A stretch of DNA of 64,000 bases, taken from positions 1 through 64,000 of the forward strand of contig CDRNVI010000168.1 of the NCBI GenBank assembly GCA_977017575.1, written 5' to 3'. Positions 1 to 13,000 of this stretch are shown here, piece after piece. Source of the stretch: Paramoeba atlantica (taxonomy: Eukaryota; Protista; Discosea). How positions within the stretch are numbered: the stretch's first letter is position 1; the number at the start of each line of letters is the position of its first letter. Below the pieces are notes generated by a model. That model was not told the origin of the DNA, did no database searches, and saw nothing but the letters and a program-made list of their open reading frames with translations. Both the position numbers and the translations under genes were made by a program.

Positions 1-1009
1 TATCTAATTTATTAGAAAAAGAAAATGACAAACTTTTGTGAGCATAAGACATTGTGTTAATTAATTTTCCATCAACTGTAAAATCAAGAGTTCTGCAAAA
101 AAAAAATGAGCAAGATTTCGTGAGAATTCCAACAACAGAAGAAAATTGTAATGACAGAAAAAGAAATTTCAACAATCAAAATCAAAATCAAATTCAAAAT
201 CAAAATCAAAATCAAATTTAAAATCAAAATCAAAATCAAAATCAAAATTAAAATCAAAATCAAAAAAGAAAAAGAAAAGAAAAACTTTTTCGCCAAATCA
301 AGAACCAACTCAAAAGAATTCATCTGTTCCCAAACAGCAGGATATTTCTCCAGTAGAATAGGAGCACCACCAATTGTTGTTGATTTAATTGCTATTTCTC
401 CTTGTTTGAAAAGACAATCTTTTTCTGTTTCTGAATCTAGACCTACTGCTCCTGTGAAGAGAGAGGAGATTGTGAGAGAGGGAAAGGAGAAAAAGAGAAA
501 GTGGAAGAAAAAGAGAAAGGGACCTATGACAGCGCATGGATTGATCCCAAGTTTGAAAGAAAAAGTCTGTTGGTGTGTCTATTTTTTTTTTTTCCTTTTC
601 ATTATTGTGAAATAAAAAAAGAAGGAAAAATGGTCAAAGAGAGAAAGAGTGGAAAAAAGAAAAAGAAAAAGAAAAAGAAAGAGAAAAAGAAAAAGAGAAA
701 CATCATCAAATGAGTAGATGTGAGGGAAGAAAAGATTTGCTGGACCAGGAGGGAAAAAAGCTTTCAATTCTCCACTTTCTTGATTAATTGAATATTCGAT
801 TTTTTGATGAGAAAGTTCTACCTTTTTTGTGGGAATGAGAAAGAGAGAGGAGAGAGAGAGAAAGGAGACGAGAGAAAGGAGATGAAGAAAGGAGATGAGA
901 GAAAGGAGATGAGAGAAACGAGAAAGAGAAAAGGAAAAACATTGAATTCTGAAGTGACAAGAGGGTCTGAGTGGTCCAGAGAGGACCATGTGGAATTACC
1001 ATTTGCCAT
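1..1009 (-). CDS. Multi-exon hypothetical protein, SPRY/B30.2-like; 3' end runs off the window
   Basis: GT-AG exons join as MANGNSTW...EFN / VELSHQK...SFDD / TFSFKLGINPCAVIG / AVGLDSE...FELVLDLAK / TLDFTVDGKLINNVLC. The segment VLDLAKxTLDFTVDG resembles the SPRY LDLxxGTLxFxxNG strand. Confidence 0.4.
176..265. repeat. (AAAATC)n hexamer microsatellite inside an intron
   Basis: Direct tandem AAAATC/AAATTC units. Confidence 0.9.
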
Positions 1010-1258
1010 TAGGAAGAGAAAGAGGGGGCAGAGAGAGAAAAGGAGAGAGAGAAAAAGAAAGAGAAAGAACAAAAACAAAACCTTGAAATAAACGAAGAAA
1101 ATTACGACTCCTCCTCTTCTCTCCTTTTTCTTTTTCTTTTTTGCCACGTTCACCACAACCACCCAACCGTTTTTTCTGATGTGAACCTTTCTTCTCTCTC
1201 TCTCCTCTCCTCTCCTCTCCTCTCCTCTTCTTCTCTCCAAAAACAACAACAACAAAAA

Positions 1259-2602
1259 ATGTTCCCTTTCGCTACCCTCTTCTTCTTCCACCTCCTCCTC
1301 CTCCTCCTCTTCCCCCTCTCTTCCCAACAACAACAATTCCAACAACAACAACAACAACACTTCCAACAATTCCAAAAAGAAGAAGAAGTTTTCGAAGCAC
1401 ACAACTACTCAACAAACTGCTTCAGACGCCCCCCAATCAACGAAACAAAAGCAGAATTCATTCTCATTCATGTCGGAAAAGCAGGAGGAACAACACTAGT
1501 AAACGCCCTCTCTCCTCTCTTTAACTTTGTATCCGATTACCATCTCTGCTCTCCCTCTCTCTCAGATGTAAAAGGGAGGCCAGTTTTGATTACAACTCGA
1601 GACCCCATTTCCAGAACTCTTTCTATTTGGAGATGGAGAAAGTATAAATGTGCAATCCGTCCAACTTGTTTTGGTTCTCCTCGTGGTCTCTTTGAATGCT
1701 TCCCCTTTCTGAATGACTTTCTCATCGCAAGAGGAAACTTACCAAGAAACAATACAGAAAATTCCCCTCCTTTATCACATCGCTGTCTCCAATTCGCACT
1801 CTCCCCCCTCGTCGCATCAAACCATTGGCAATGTGACCATCGATGGCATCTCCGAAAGTTTGACGACAACTTCATCAACACCAATGTTTTCCCTGTTCGC
1901 CAATCCAACTTAAAAGATGATTTCTATTATTTCTGTCGATATTATAAGTTTGATCGAAGGAAATGTTTCAAAGCGAAAATAGCTCTGAGTGTTCGCCATT
2001 CGAATATGGATTATCCAACCGTTCCAAAAGATTATTATCTCTCTGATGAAGCAAGGAAATATTTGGAGTTTGAGTTGAAAGAGGAAATTGAAATGTATAA
2101 TCGTCTCGTTGACATTGTGGATAAGAAAATTCAAACGATTCTTCCTCAGCTTGAAGCGGATCAGAGAATTGTCGAAGAGGAAAGGTTACGGGTTGAGGCA
2201 GAGAAAAAGAAAAAAGAGGAAGAGAGATTAAAAAAAGAGGAAGAAAAACAACGAAAAGAAGAAGAAAAAAGGAAAAAAGAAGAAGAGAAAAAAACAAAAG
2301 AAGAACAGAGAAAGATTCAAAATGAAATTAAAATGAGAAAGGAGGCAGAAAAACTGAGAAAATTAGGATTGTCACCTATTGAGATCCAACAAATGCAATC
2401 AAAACAACTCCAACAAATACAAAGAGAAGAGAATTTTCAGAAAAGAAAAGAAGAAAGTCTGTTAAAAAGGATGGAAAGAGAAGTAATGAAGAAGAAAGAA
2501 AAGAGAGTGGTAACGCATGAAGAGTTGGAAAAGAAGTTGGGCCACAGTAAACAATTAGTTGCGTCGCTTGGGAGGATTGGGAAGAAAGTGAACAAAATTT
2601 AA
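1259..2602 (+). CDS. Intronless sulfotransferase-family protein with signal/anchor peptide, poly-Q and charged coiled-coil tail
   Basis: PAPS-binding motifs IHVGKAGGTTL (5'PSB) and TRDPISRTLSIW (3'PB); hydrophobic N-terminus from ATG 1259; E/K-rich C-terminus. Confidence 0.8.
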   Translation: MFPFATLFFFHLLLLLLFPLSSQQQQFQQQQQQHFQQFQKEEEVFEAHNYSTNCFRRPPINETKAEFILIHVGKAGGTTLVNALSPLFNFVSDYHLCSPSLSDVKGRPVLITTRDPISRTLSIWRWRKYKCAIRPTCFGSPRGLFECFPFLNDFLIARGNLPRNNTENSPPLSHRCLQFALSPLVASNHWQCDHRWHLRKFDDNFINTNVFPVRQSNLKDDFYYFCRYYKFDRRKCFKAKIALSVRHSNMDYPTVPKDYYLSDEARKYLEFELKEEIEMYNRLVDIVDKKIQTILPQLEADQRIVEEERLRVEAEKKKKEEERLKKEEEKQRKEEEKRKKEEEKKTKEEQRKIQNEIKMRKEAEKLRKLGLSPIEIQQMQSKQLQQIQREENFQKRKEESLLKRMEREVMKKKEKRVVTHEELEKKLGHSKQLVASLGRIGKKVNKI

Positions 2603-3015
2603 CTTTTTTTAAATTTCAAAAAATATTTTAACAATAATAAAAATTTAATTTAAAATTGTTTCTCTATGGGAAAACAATGAAGAATAACAAAGGAGAAATA
2701 ATAATTGTCCAATGAACAAAAATACCTCAAAGAGGTAAAAACCAATGACTAAAGAATAACAATCCAATCATTCTCGAATACAGTTTCGAAACATTTCTTC
2801 CCCTCCTCCCCGGTTGTCAAAATGATCAAACTTCTCCAAAAGCTCTGCAAACGAAAAAGAAAGAACTTTCCGACCTTGGGTCGGTTCCAACTCGACCTTG
2901 AGTCTTTTGCAAATCGACCTTTTTCTTTTTTCGTTTTTTTCGCGAAGGAGAGAAGAGAAAAGAAGAAAGAGAAGAGAGAAGAAGAGAAGAAAAAGAGAGG
3001 AAAGAGAGAGAGAGA

Positions 3016-6000
3016 ATGGATAAGAAGAGGAAAAGAGAAGATGATGCTTTTCGATCTTTGACTTTTGGTGTTCGTTTTGATAAAGGAGAACACGCAAAAG
3101 AAATGAAAACATTTCAGGTCTTTTCAAAAACTTTTCGAGAAAAGAGGAGAAAGAAGAGAAGAAGAAAGAAAAGAGAAAAGAGAAAAAGAGAAAAAAAGAA
3201 GTGGTTCTGAAAGTTTTACAGAAAGAAAAAGAAGAAGTTTCAATTTCTGCTCCAAAAAAAACGAAACAAAAGAAAAAGAAAAAGAAGAAATCTTCTCCTT
3301 TTGCTCAAGTTCCTTTCTTTCTCTTCTTTCTCTTTCTTTCTCTGTTACTTCTTTCATCTCTTTCTATCTTTCATCTCCTTCTTTCTTTCATCTCTTTCTT
3401 TCATCTCTCTTTTCTTTCTTTCATCTCATTCTTTCATCTCTCTCTTTCTTTCATCTCTTTCTATCTTTCATCTCCTTCTCTTTCATCTCCTTCTTTCTTT
3501 CATCTCTTTCTTTCATCTCTCTTTTCTTTTTGGGTTTTTATTAATTTTTACATTTGATAGTTGATGGCTCTTCATCGAATTAAAATAGAAGGAGAAGAAT
3601 CCCCAAAATTGTTCCAAAATTTTTCTGAACTTGCCGTAGAAAGGTGATTTTTTTCTTTTTCTTTCTCTTTTTCTTCTTTTTCTTCTTTTTTTTCTTTTTT
3701 CTTTTTCTTTTTCTTTTTCTTTTTCTCTTTTTCTTTTTCTCTTTTTCTTTCTCTTTTTCTCTTTCTCTTTCTCTTTCTCTCTTCTCTTTTTCTTTTTCTT
3801 TTTCTCTCTCTTCCTCTTTCTCCTCTCTTTCTCCTCTCTTTCTCCTCTCCTCTCACCAAATCTCTCTCTCTCCTTTAGACCATACGCTCTCCCCCTAATC
3901 GAAAACCTAAAAAACATGAAAATCAAAGAACCATCACCAATTCAAATGGCAGCAATCCCCTCTCTCTTATCAAAGAGAGAGGTTTTTGGGATTGCTCCTA
4001 CCGGTTCTGGGAAGACTGTTGCTTTCTCTTTTCCAATTATTTTGGATTTATTGGTTTTTTTTATTTATTTTTAATTTATTTTTATTTTTGTTTATTTTTA
4101 TTTAATTATTTATTTATTTTTATTTTATTTTATTTCTTTTTAATTTATTTTTTTTTTTAATTTTATGGCAGCAATCCCCTCTCTCTTATCAAATAGAGAG
4201 GTTTTTGGGATTGCTCCTACTGGTTCTGGGAAAACTGTTGCTTTTTCTTTTCCAATTATTTTGGATTTGTTAGTAGTTATTTTTATTTTTATTTTTATTT
4301 TTATTTTTATTTAATTATTTAATTATTTTTATTTTATTTCTTTTATTTCTTTTATTTCTTTATGGGAGCAATCCCTCTCTCTCTTATCAAAGAGAGAGGT
4401 TTTTGGGATTGCTCCTACTGGTTCTGGGAAGACTGTTGCTTTTTCTTTCCCAGTTATTCTTGATTTATTAGTTTTTTATTTTTTTTTATTTTTATTTATT
4501 TATTTATTTTTATTTTATTTCTTATTTTATTTTTTTCTTTCTTTCTTTTTTTTGTTTAAAAGGAGAAGATTTTTAATTTTTTTTTTGTGCAGAAACAAAA
4601 AGAAGAAAAAGAAAAACCAAAAGGAATTCAAGGGGTTTTGATTGCCCCAACAAGAGAATTATCTCAACAACTTTATCGTGAAATGGAACAATTGTGTGAT
4701 GGCCTTGATATTAATGTTTTTCTTTTTCTTTTTCTTTTTTCTTTTTCTTTTTTCTTTTTCTTTTTTCTTTTTCTTTTTCTTTTTCTTTTTTCTCTTCTCT
4801 TTCTTTTTCTTATCTCTTTTGAAAATTATTTCTTCTTTTTCTAGCTCTTATTTTTGACAAAAATTACGTCTCGAGCATTTCTCAAATCCAAACCTCCCCC
4901 AGGTTTCTTCTCTTCTTTTCTTCTTTTCTTTTCTCTTTTCTTTTTCAGAACTAAACAGAGAATGAAAAAGTAAAAAAGATTTTTTTTTTGATTTTTCAAA
5001 AGAGAAACTAATTTTTACAATAGAAACCGAGATTTTAATCTCAACACCAATGCGAATTTTCAAACTTTTAAAAGATGATAAATTTAGTTTTGTTTTTTTT
5101 TTCTTTTTTCTTTTTTCTTATTTGTGAAAAAAATTAAAAACAAAATAATAGAAATATCGTTGGAAAATGCGAAATATTTGGTACTTGATGAAGCTGACAA
5201 ACTTTTTGAAGGAAGCTTTCTTTCCCAAATTGATGAAATCATTGCTTCTTGTACAAACTCAGAGATACAAAGAGGATTATTTAGTGCCACTCTCCCAACA
5301 CAGGTTCTCTCTCTCGTCTCCCTCTTTTCTCTCTTTTTGAGAATTTCTTCTTTCTTTTCTTTTTTTCCTTTCTTTTTTCATTCTCTCTTTTTTATTGAGT
5401 CACTTTTTTTTTTTGAAGGTTGAAGATCTTGGAAGAAGTTTTCTTCGAAATCCTGTGAGAGTAATGGTTGGAGCAAAGAACACAGCCACATCAACAATTG
5501 ACCAAAAATTACACTTTGTTGGAAGAGAAGAAGGTTTTTTTTTTAAATTTTATTTTTGTTTTTCCACAGTTTTTTTTTTTTGAAAAAAAGTTATTTTTCA
5601 GGAAAAATTCTTGCAATCAAACAACTTATCTCAAGTGGAGATCTCCCTCTTCCTTGTCTCCTTTTTGTCCAATCCAAAGAAAGGGCCATCCAACTCTATC
5701 AAGAACTCAAACTCGAAAAATTGCGAGTTGATGTTGTCACAGCTGATCGTCCTCAGCCACAAAGAGATAGAATTGTGAAGAAATTGCGGATGGGCTTGAT
5801 TTGGATCTTGGTGACTACTGATCTTATGGCTCGGGGAATGGATTTTAAAGGTTTGTCTCAAGAGAAGTGGGGATTTTTGTTGTGGGGGGTGTTGTTGTGA
5901 ATGGTTGTGATTTGTTTTTATAGGATATTGTGAAAAGAATAACATGCAGAGTCAGATTATGAAAATCTTGTTTTTTTTATTCCCCTCTGACTTTAGATTT

Positions 6001-6470
6001 TTAGGTGTTAATTGTGTTGTTAATTTTGATTTCCCCCAAACTGTTGCACAATATATCCACAGAGTTGGGAGAACAGGAAGAGCTGGGCATTCTGGTGTTG
6101 CGATTACACTCTTTACCGAAAATGATTCTCCAAATTTAAGTCTTTTTTCTCTTTCTCTTTTTCCCCAAAAATTCAATTATTATTATTATTTTTTCTGACT
6201 CATTTGCCGTGTGTAGGGATGATTGCAAATGTTGTGAAGCAATCTGGAGGACAAGTTGCAGATTGGATGTTGGCAATGCCAAAACTTTCAAAAACAAAGA
6301 AGAAAGTATTAGCTGTTCATCCGCCAGAAAGGAAGGATTTAAGAGAAGGAGAGAGGAGAAGGAAGAAGAGAAAAATGATGAAAACATCAAAGAAAAAGAA
6401 AGAGGAAGAAAAAGAAGAGGAGGAAGAAGGGGAAGAGGAAGAGGAAATGGAAGATGAAGAGGCTGAATAA
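3016..6470 (+). CDS. DDX52: DEAD-box RNA helicase ROK1/DDX52, multi-exon
   Basis: [59 protein letters not shown] across GT-AG introns; N-terminal [11 protein letters not shown] and C-terminal [16 protein letters not shown] are ROK1-like. Confidence 0.92.
3946..4470 (+). repeat. Three tandem copies of the DDX52 motif-I exon end plus 5' splice site
   Basis: Copies at 3946-4053, 4165-4272 and 4362-4470, each followed by GT and a T-rich tract. Confidence 0.9.
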
Positions 6471-6930
6471 TTTTTTCTGAGGATCAGAAAGAAATGTCCA
6501 ATCAAAATAAACAATTGAAAAAGGAGAAAAAGAACAAAACAGCTCAAAGATTTTTGACCCAGTGGTTGGAAAAGGCAACTGGAAGAAATGATATTGCAGG
6601 CTCCCAAAAAAAAGTGAAAAAAAAAATTTTGAAGAGAAGAAAAAAAAAGAATGAAAACAGTGGTGAAACACATGAACACAACACAAAACACCATTTATCT
6701 GTCTTCTCCACAATTTCAGCAGAACATCTCCATACGGAATGACAAGAAAAACAACAACAATCTTTCTCCGTTTGAGACAAATGGTACTCTCCTTCCTGAA
6801 GAAAAAGAACTTGAATGACATTGTGTTTTTTTCTCTTTTCAATTGGTGGAATTTAATAATTAAGAAACACCCTTCTTCTTGAGTGTCTGAGGTTTCTTTG
6901 TCTTGAGTTTTTGAAATGTTGGACAGAATT

Positions 6931-7856
6931 TTAAGAAACCGCACGTTTTGGTCCAGAATGAGGAAGTGGAGCTTTTCTTGCTGCACGAAACACATTGTCA
7001 ACTCCTTCACCAGTCAAAGCAGAACATTCCATGTATGGAATTGAAAGTTTCTCAGCAAGTTTCTTCCCTTCTTCAAAAGTGATTGGATGTTGTGAGGATT
7101 GAGCTTTTTCAAACAAAATTTAGTTTCAGTTTTTGGAAAAGAATTCAAAAAAAAAAATGACCAAGTTTTTTTTGGATTTCCTTATTTTCTCTCAAATCAC
7201 ATTTCAATGCAACAAGAATTTTTCTTGCATTTGGACGATGACGTTTTACCTGTAAAACACAATAAAAAGATCATCAACCCATTTCCATTCTCTTGGTGTT
7301 TCAATGATTCAAAAACACAAGAACCTCAGGAATCCACTTACTACTGATATTGTCCAAACTGGGTGGTGAAAGAACAGAAAAGCAAAGTAAAAAACAATTT
7401 GCTCCAATATAACTCAATGGTCGAAGTCTAAAAACACAGAAATATTTACAAAAAGAATAGAGAACCATGTAAAAGTGAAGAATAAAGAGTTTGGACCACC
7501 TGTCATAATCTTCCTGTCCAGGAGTGTCAAATATCCACTGCTTTTTCTCATTGTCCTGATGATCCACTATTCAAAGATTCAGGGGTTGGAAGACCTTCAA
7601 ATTCCATTTTCTTGATTTACCATAATCTGTGGGGAGATAGTCTTCAGGGAAGTGATCTTCGACTTCTCGAATGACCAAACAAGTCTTCCCTTTTCGAATT
7701 TGAATGAGAGATCCAAGAAAGAGAATCAGAAGAAAGAATCAGAAAAAGAATAATACCAACAGCCCCATCACCAACAACAACAATCTTACAAAGACCTTCA
7801 GGCCATATCTCCTCTTCTTCTTCCTTTTGATTTCTTTTTGATCTCCCAACACCCAT
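6931..7856 (-). CDS. Rho/Rac-like small GTPase copy A, 6 exons, Met-Gly start, no CAAX
   Basis: [44 protein letters not shown]; ends ...HSGPKRAVS*. Confidence 0.88.
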
Positions 7857-8064
7857 CTGTCAGATAGCTCCCAAACGAGAAGAGAGAAAGAACAAGAACA
7901 GAGAAACAAAAAGAACAAAGTGAAAAAAAAAGCGGAAAAAAGTTTGATTTCAAGATTTTTGTGATCATCATAATCAAATTGAACTCCAAAAGTTCAAAAA
8001 GGGAGGATGGCTTTCTGTGTTTGACATTCTTTGTCTTTGAGTTTTTGATATGTTGGACACAATT

Positions 8065-8991
8065 TCAAGAAACCGCACGTTTTGGTCCAGAATGAGGAAG
8101 TGGAGCTTTTCTTGCTGCACGAAACACATTATCAACTCCCTCACCAGTCAAAGCAGAACATTCCATGTATGGAATTGAAAGTTTCTCAGCAAGTTCTTTC
8201 CCTTCTTCAAAAGTGATTGGATGTTGTGAGGATCGAGCTTTTTCAAACAAAATAATTTAGTTCCAGTTTTTGGGAAAGAATTCAAAAAAAAAAAATAACC
8301 AAGTTTTTCTTGGATTTCCTTATCTTCTCTCAAATCACATTTCAATGCAACAAGAATTTTTCTTGCTTTTGGACAATGATGTTCCACCTAGAAAACACAA
8401 AAATAAAAAAAACGTCAAACTATTTCCATTCTCTTGGTGTTTCAATGATTCAAAAACACAAGAACCTCAGGAATCCACAGACTACCGATATTTTCCAAAC
8501 TGGATGGTGAAACAACAGAAAAGCAAAGTAAAAAACAATTTGCTCCAGGATAACTCAATGGTCGAATTCTAAAAACACAGAAATATTACAAAAAGAATAG
8601 AGAACCATGTAAAAGTGAAGAATAAAAGAGATTTTGGACCACCTGCAATAATCTTCTTGTCCAGCAGTGTCAAATATCCACTGCTTTTTCTCATTGTCCT
8701 GATGATAATCTAATCAAAATCAGTGAATATTCAGAGGTTGGAAGACCTTCAAATTCCATTTTCTTAATTTACCATAAACTGTGGGGATATATTCTTTAGG
8801 GAAACAATCTTCAACTTCTCGAAAGACCAAAGAAGTCTTCCCTTTTCGAATTTGAATGAGAGATCCAAGAAAGAATCAGAAGAAAGAACCAGAAAAAGAA
8901 TATTACCAACAGTTCCATCACCAACAACAACAATCTTACAAAGACCATAAGCCCATATCTCCTCTTCTTCCTTTGAGCACCGAACACCCAT
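8065..8991 (-). CDS. Rho/Rac-like small GTPase copy B, 6 exons, Met-Gly start, no CAAX
   Basis: MGVRCS..., [44 protein letters not shown]; same intron positions as copy A. Confidence 0.88.
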
Positions 8992-9249
8992 CTGTCAGAT
9001 AGCTCCCAAGCGAGAAGAGAGAGAGAAAGAACAAGAACAGAGAAACAAAAGAACAAAGTGAAAAAAAGCGAAAAAGTTTGATTTTTGTGAGAATCATCAG
9101 CCCGAACTCCAAAAGCTGAAACAACACTCCTTTGATCTCCAGATTTCTCAGAAGCGAAAAAATCCGACCAAATTCTCTCAGATTTTTCTTTTTCTTTTTC
9201 TTGCTTTTCGTTTCTTTTTCTTCTTGCTTTTCGTTTTTTTTTTCCTTCG

Positions 9250-9676
9250 CGATTGTGGAGCTGAGTGACGGAGAGGGAGAGGAACAGAAGCCAAGAATTT
9301 TAGTGAATTGTGAGTGGGTTATTCTTCGGTTAAAGTCAGAGACATCAAAAATAATTATTCTTCTTAGATCTAAGAAACCTTTCTGACTTCTTCTACCTTT
9401 TTGATGGATTCCTTTATTTACCTCGAAAAGAGCTTTCTCGAGAAATGGATTGGTTCTGTTGATGGAATTGAAGGAAAGTGTTTGGCAATTTGGGTTATTC
9501 AGAGTGATCAGAAGATGAAAGATATTCTGTCCGAGAAATTTCGTTTGGCAGAAAGAAATTGTGAATGGTGTTGGGATTGTACGCAACCTGACGAGGAGAG
9601 GGATATCTTCTTTCGAATTTGCCAATTTTTTGAAGAGAACACACAACAAAATCAGCTCAAACCAGCAAAGGGGTGA
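9250..9676 (+). pseudogene. Possible highly degenerate small-GTPase-like fragment; the two frames cannot be joined cleanly
   Basis: ELSDGEGEEQ loosely recalls WDTAGQEE; a second frame gives SFIYLEKSFLEKWIGSV...DIFFRICQFF...LKPAKG*. The splice combinations tried create stops. Confidence 0.25.
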
Positions 9677-10011
9677 CACAAGATTTTTTTGAATCAGAAC
9701 GAACTACAAAAGCTCAAAAAGGAGAGAGAGTGGCTTATTCCTGTGTTTGACATTCTTTGGGGCTTTGGGTTTTCCATTACCATTATCACGGAATCTCCAT
9801 GTTCCACAACTGCCAACAGATTGAGACAATAACGAGCCTCATGCTCCGAAACTTTGAATACCCACCATTTCCTTTCTACCCCGCCAAACGCAAATGAAAA
9901 CACTCTTTTGAGAATCAAATGAAAATAGTCTTCTCTTCTTGTGTTTACTTTTTTTGACTTTTCTTTTTATTATTTTTGGAAAAAAATAATGTGTGTTGTT
10001 GTATTGGGAAG

Positions 10012-13000
10012 TTAAAAGGGAGAAATATCACCAGTAACAACCCAATGACCAACAGCAGTCGCTCCAACCAAAAATGAGAGAATTCCAAAACCAAATTTCT
10101 TCAAATAAAAGGAAATAACTGCTGCTTCTCCAATTGATCCAACTTTGAAAGCACAACGAGAAACTCCTCCATGGAATGCACCATGTTCAAAAAGTTGGAA
10201 TGGATTCACCAAAGGATACTTTTCAACGAGAAAAAAAAAGGAGAAAAAGGAGAAAGAGAGGGAAGGAGATGAGAATAAAGAACAAATTGACTCCAAAAAG
10301 AAAAAAGAAAAAAACACAACTCAAGAGTTAAAAAAAAATTGAAAGAAAAAAACCTGAGGATGAGAAGCAGATTTGACATTTCTGACATCATGCAACAACA
10401 AAATACCCATCACAGCATTTGAAGTTTCCTATTTTGTTTTCGTGTGAAAAAAAAAGAACACATTTTGGAATCACAAAACAAACAAACAAAAGAGAAGAAA
10501 GGAAAGAGGAGAGAGAGGAGAGAGGAGACCTGGTACATCACTTCAAGAGGAGGGAAAAGATGGAATCCACCATAAGCTGCTGCAAACTGAGCATTGTGAA
10601 CAACAGATTTTGTTGCTGTTGATGGAGCCACATTGGAACAAGCCACATGACCTTCTTCACGAGCAACAACAACTCTCCAATGCTGTGAAAAGAGTCATAT
10701 TTTTTCATGTGTTTCAAAAATTTAAAAAATAAAAATAAAAAAAGAACATTCATTTTCATCTTATCTCTCTCTTCCATTTCATCCATCATCACAAAATTTT
10801 AAAATGAAAGAAAAGAAAAAAAAGAAAGAAAAGAAAAAACCTGAAGACGTTTAGCAAGTGCATAATTAGGTCCTTGAGCTGCAACAATCCCATCAACAAG
10901 ATATATTTCTTGTCCATCTTGAGTTTTGACTGGAGCAATTTGATTCTTTTTCAAAATCTGTTTTCCCAAACAAAGAAAAACAAAGAAAAGGAGAGAACAA
11001 GAACGAGAGAATGAGAGAATGAGAGAACGAGAAAAAGGGAAAGGGAGTGAGAACCAACAAAATAAGAAAAGAAAAGAAGAAATTATTTGAAAAGAAAGAG
11101 AGAAAAAAACATTTCCAAATCCCAAAAAGCGGAAAAGACTTTGCCAAAGAGGAACTTTCGTTGCATTTCTTCCCATTTCATCATGAGCTTCCTATTTTTA
11201 TTCACAAAAAATATTAAAATCAATTGTAAAATACCACACACACACCCCCCCCCAAAAAAAAGTCAACAAAAAGAAAAAAGAAAAAAAAAAAAAGAAAAAA
11301 AAAAGAAAAAAAAAATAACCTTTGGAATAACATGAACATCAGTTGGAGTGCACAAAAATGCAACAGAAGTTTGTTTGTGGTATTTACAAACTCTTTCAAT
11401 GATTCCATCACAAGCAACAGATAACTATGAATCAATCAGATTTTTCACAACACATAACAAAAAAATCTTTCTTTTTCAAAGAATTAGAAAGGGTGAAAAA
11501 AATAGAATCATCTTTTCAAAAAACCTGAACATGTAAAGCACCATCCAAATAAGTGTAATTTCCAATTGTAACTCCTCCCTCATATTTCAATGAAGTCAAC
11601 CATCTTGCAATCTCAGGTGTATCTTTCAATAAGTCAGCACCTGCACACCCATACATCTCTTCACTATCCTCCCCCAAAACTTTATCAGATTTGTATGGGA
11701 ATGTCATACTTCCACATGATTTCTTGACTCTGTTGATCAATTTCTTCCAAATAAAGTCTCGGTTCAAATCTACACAAATTCAAAAAAAAAAAACGATATG
11801 TTAGAGGAAAGAAAGAAAGAAAGAAAAAGAAAGAAAAAGAAAGAAAGAAAAAGAAAAACCAATTGCTACAATGTGAGCACCATGTTGAAGGAGAAATTCA
11901 AGTGGACCCATTGCTGATGTTGCTCCAAGAAGAATAAAAGTATGGTCTGAAAGATCAAGCCACTTTTAAAAAAATCAAAAGGATTAATTTCTTGATCCAA
12001 CAAAAAGAAAGAAAGAAAGAAAGAAAAAGAAAAAAACCTCAGGATGATCAACACAAGCTCGAATAGCATCAGCAGCACTTTGTTCAATTGTTCCATATTC
12101 CACCCAAACATCTAATTGGTTCAAAAGTTGTTTTCCTTTCAAAACAGTTTCATCATCACGGTAGGTGTAATAAGGTCGAGGAGCACCAAACTTTTGTCTT
12201 CTTGATCCTCCATAAGGGACTTCAACCTTTTGTAATGATTGATGAGTGAGTGAAAGACATAAAGAAAAAGGGGGGAGGGGGGAATAAAGGGGAGGAGAAA
12301 GAGGAGAAAGAAGGAAAAGAGGGAAAAGGAAACAAACAAAAGAAAGAAAGAAAAAATACCTCAGCATGTTTGGGTTGTGGGAGTTCACCTTTCACAAAAC
12401 CAGTTCGATAAATGAGTTTACTAATTTCAAAAATCAATTTAGTTTGTTATTGTTAATTTTAACTTCACAAAGAATAAAATCATTTTTGGTAAAATATGAA
12501 AGAAAATCAAAAAAAAAACCCATTATCCATAGCTTTTGCGAAAGATGTTGTCTTTCCATCTTGAATGAATTCAAAAGAGTTTTGAGCAACTTCTAATCCA
12601 TCCTAAAATTCCAATAAATTATCAAAAAAAAATATTCCTTTCTTTGTTTTGAAGAAAGAGAGAGAGAGAGAGGAAAAAGAGAGATTAAAAACCTTTGCAA
12701 TCTTGAAAGCATTTTCAGGAGATTCTAAACATTTTCGAACATTGTTCACGATGTGTCTTCCATATCCAAATCTCCATTTCTTCTCTCTTCTCACCTGTAC
12801 AAGTTTCAATTCAGTGTTTATTGAACATTTCAAAGAGTTCAAAGTATCCTTTTTGAAAAAAAAAAAAAAAGAGACCTTTTCAGCAAGTTCAGCATCAACT
12901 GCTTCAATTGACCCTGCAAAGATGACCTTCGAGGAAAAAAGAGAAAGAATATATCAAAAAAAAGAGAAAAGGAAAAGTCAAAAATAGAAAATGATTCACA

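Noticed and set aside
2768-2960. Short hairpin CCGACC-TTG-GGTCGG and short ORFs upstream of DDX52
   Set aside because: A 6-bp stem is expected by chance, and the ORFs lack a convincing start or motif.
4700-5030. Apparent non-canonical splice junction in DDX52
   Set aside because: Canonical GT-AG sites (AAT|gt...ag|CTC and CAG|gt...ccgag|ATT) give a good in-frame ROK1-like sequence.
6494-6742. 82-aa Lys-rich ORF after the DDX52 stop
   Set aside because: No splice route links it to DDX52 and it has no motif; it could be UTR or reflect a sequencing frameshift, which cannot be resolved here.
8936-9679. 247-aa minus-strand ORF
   Set aside because: GTG start, runs into low-complexity sequence and the Rac upstream region, and has no motif.
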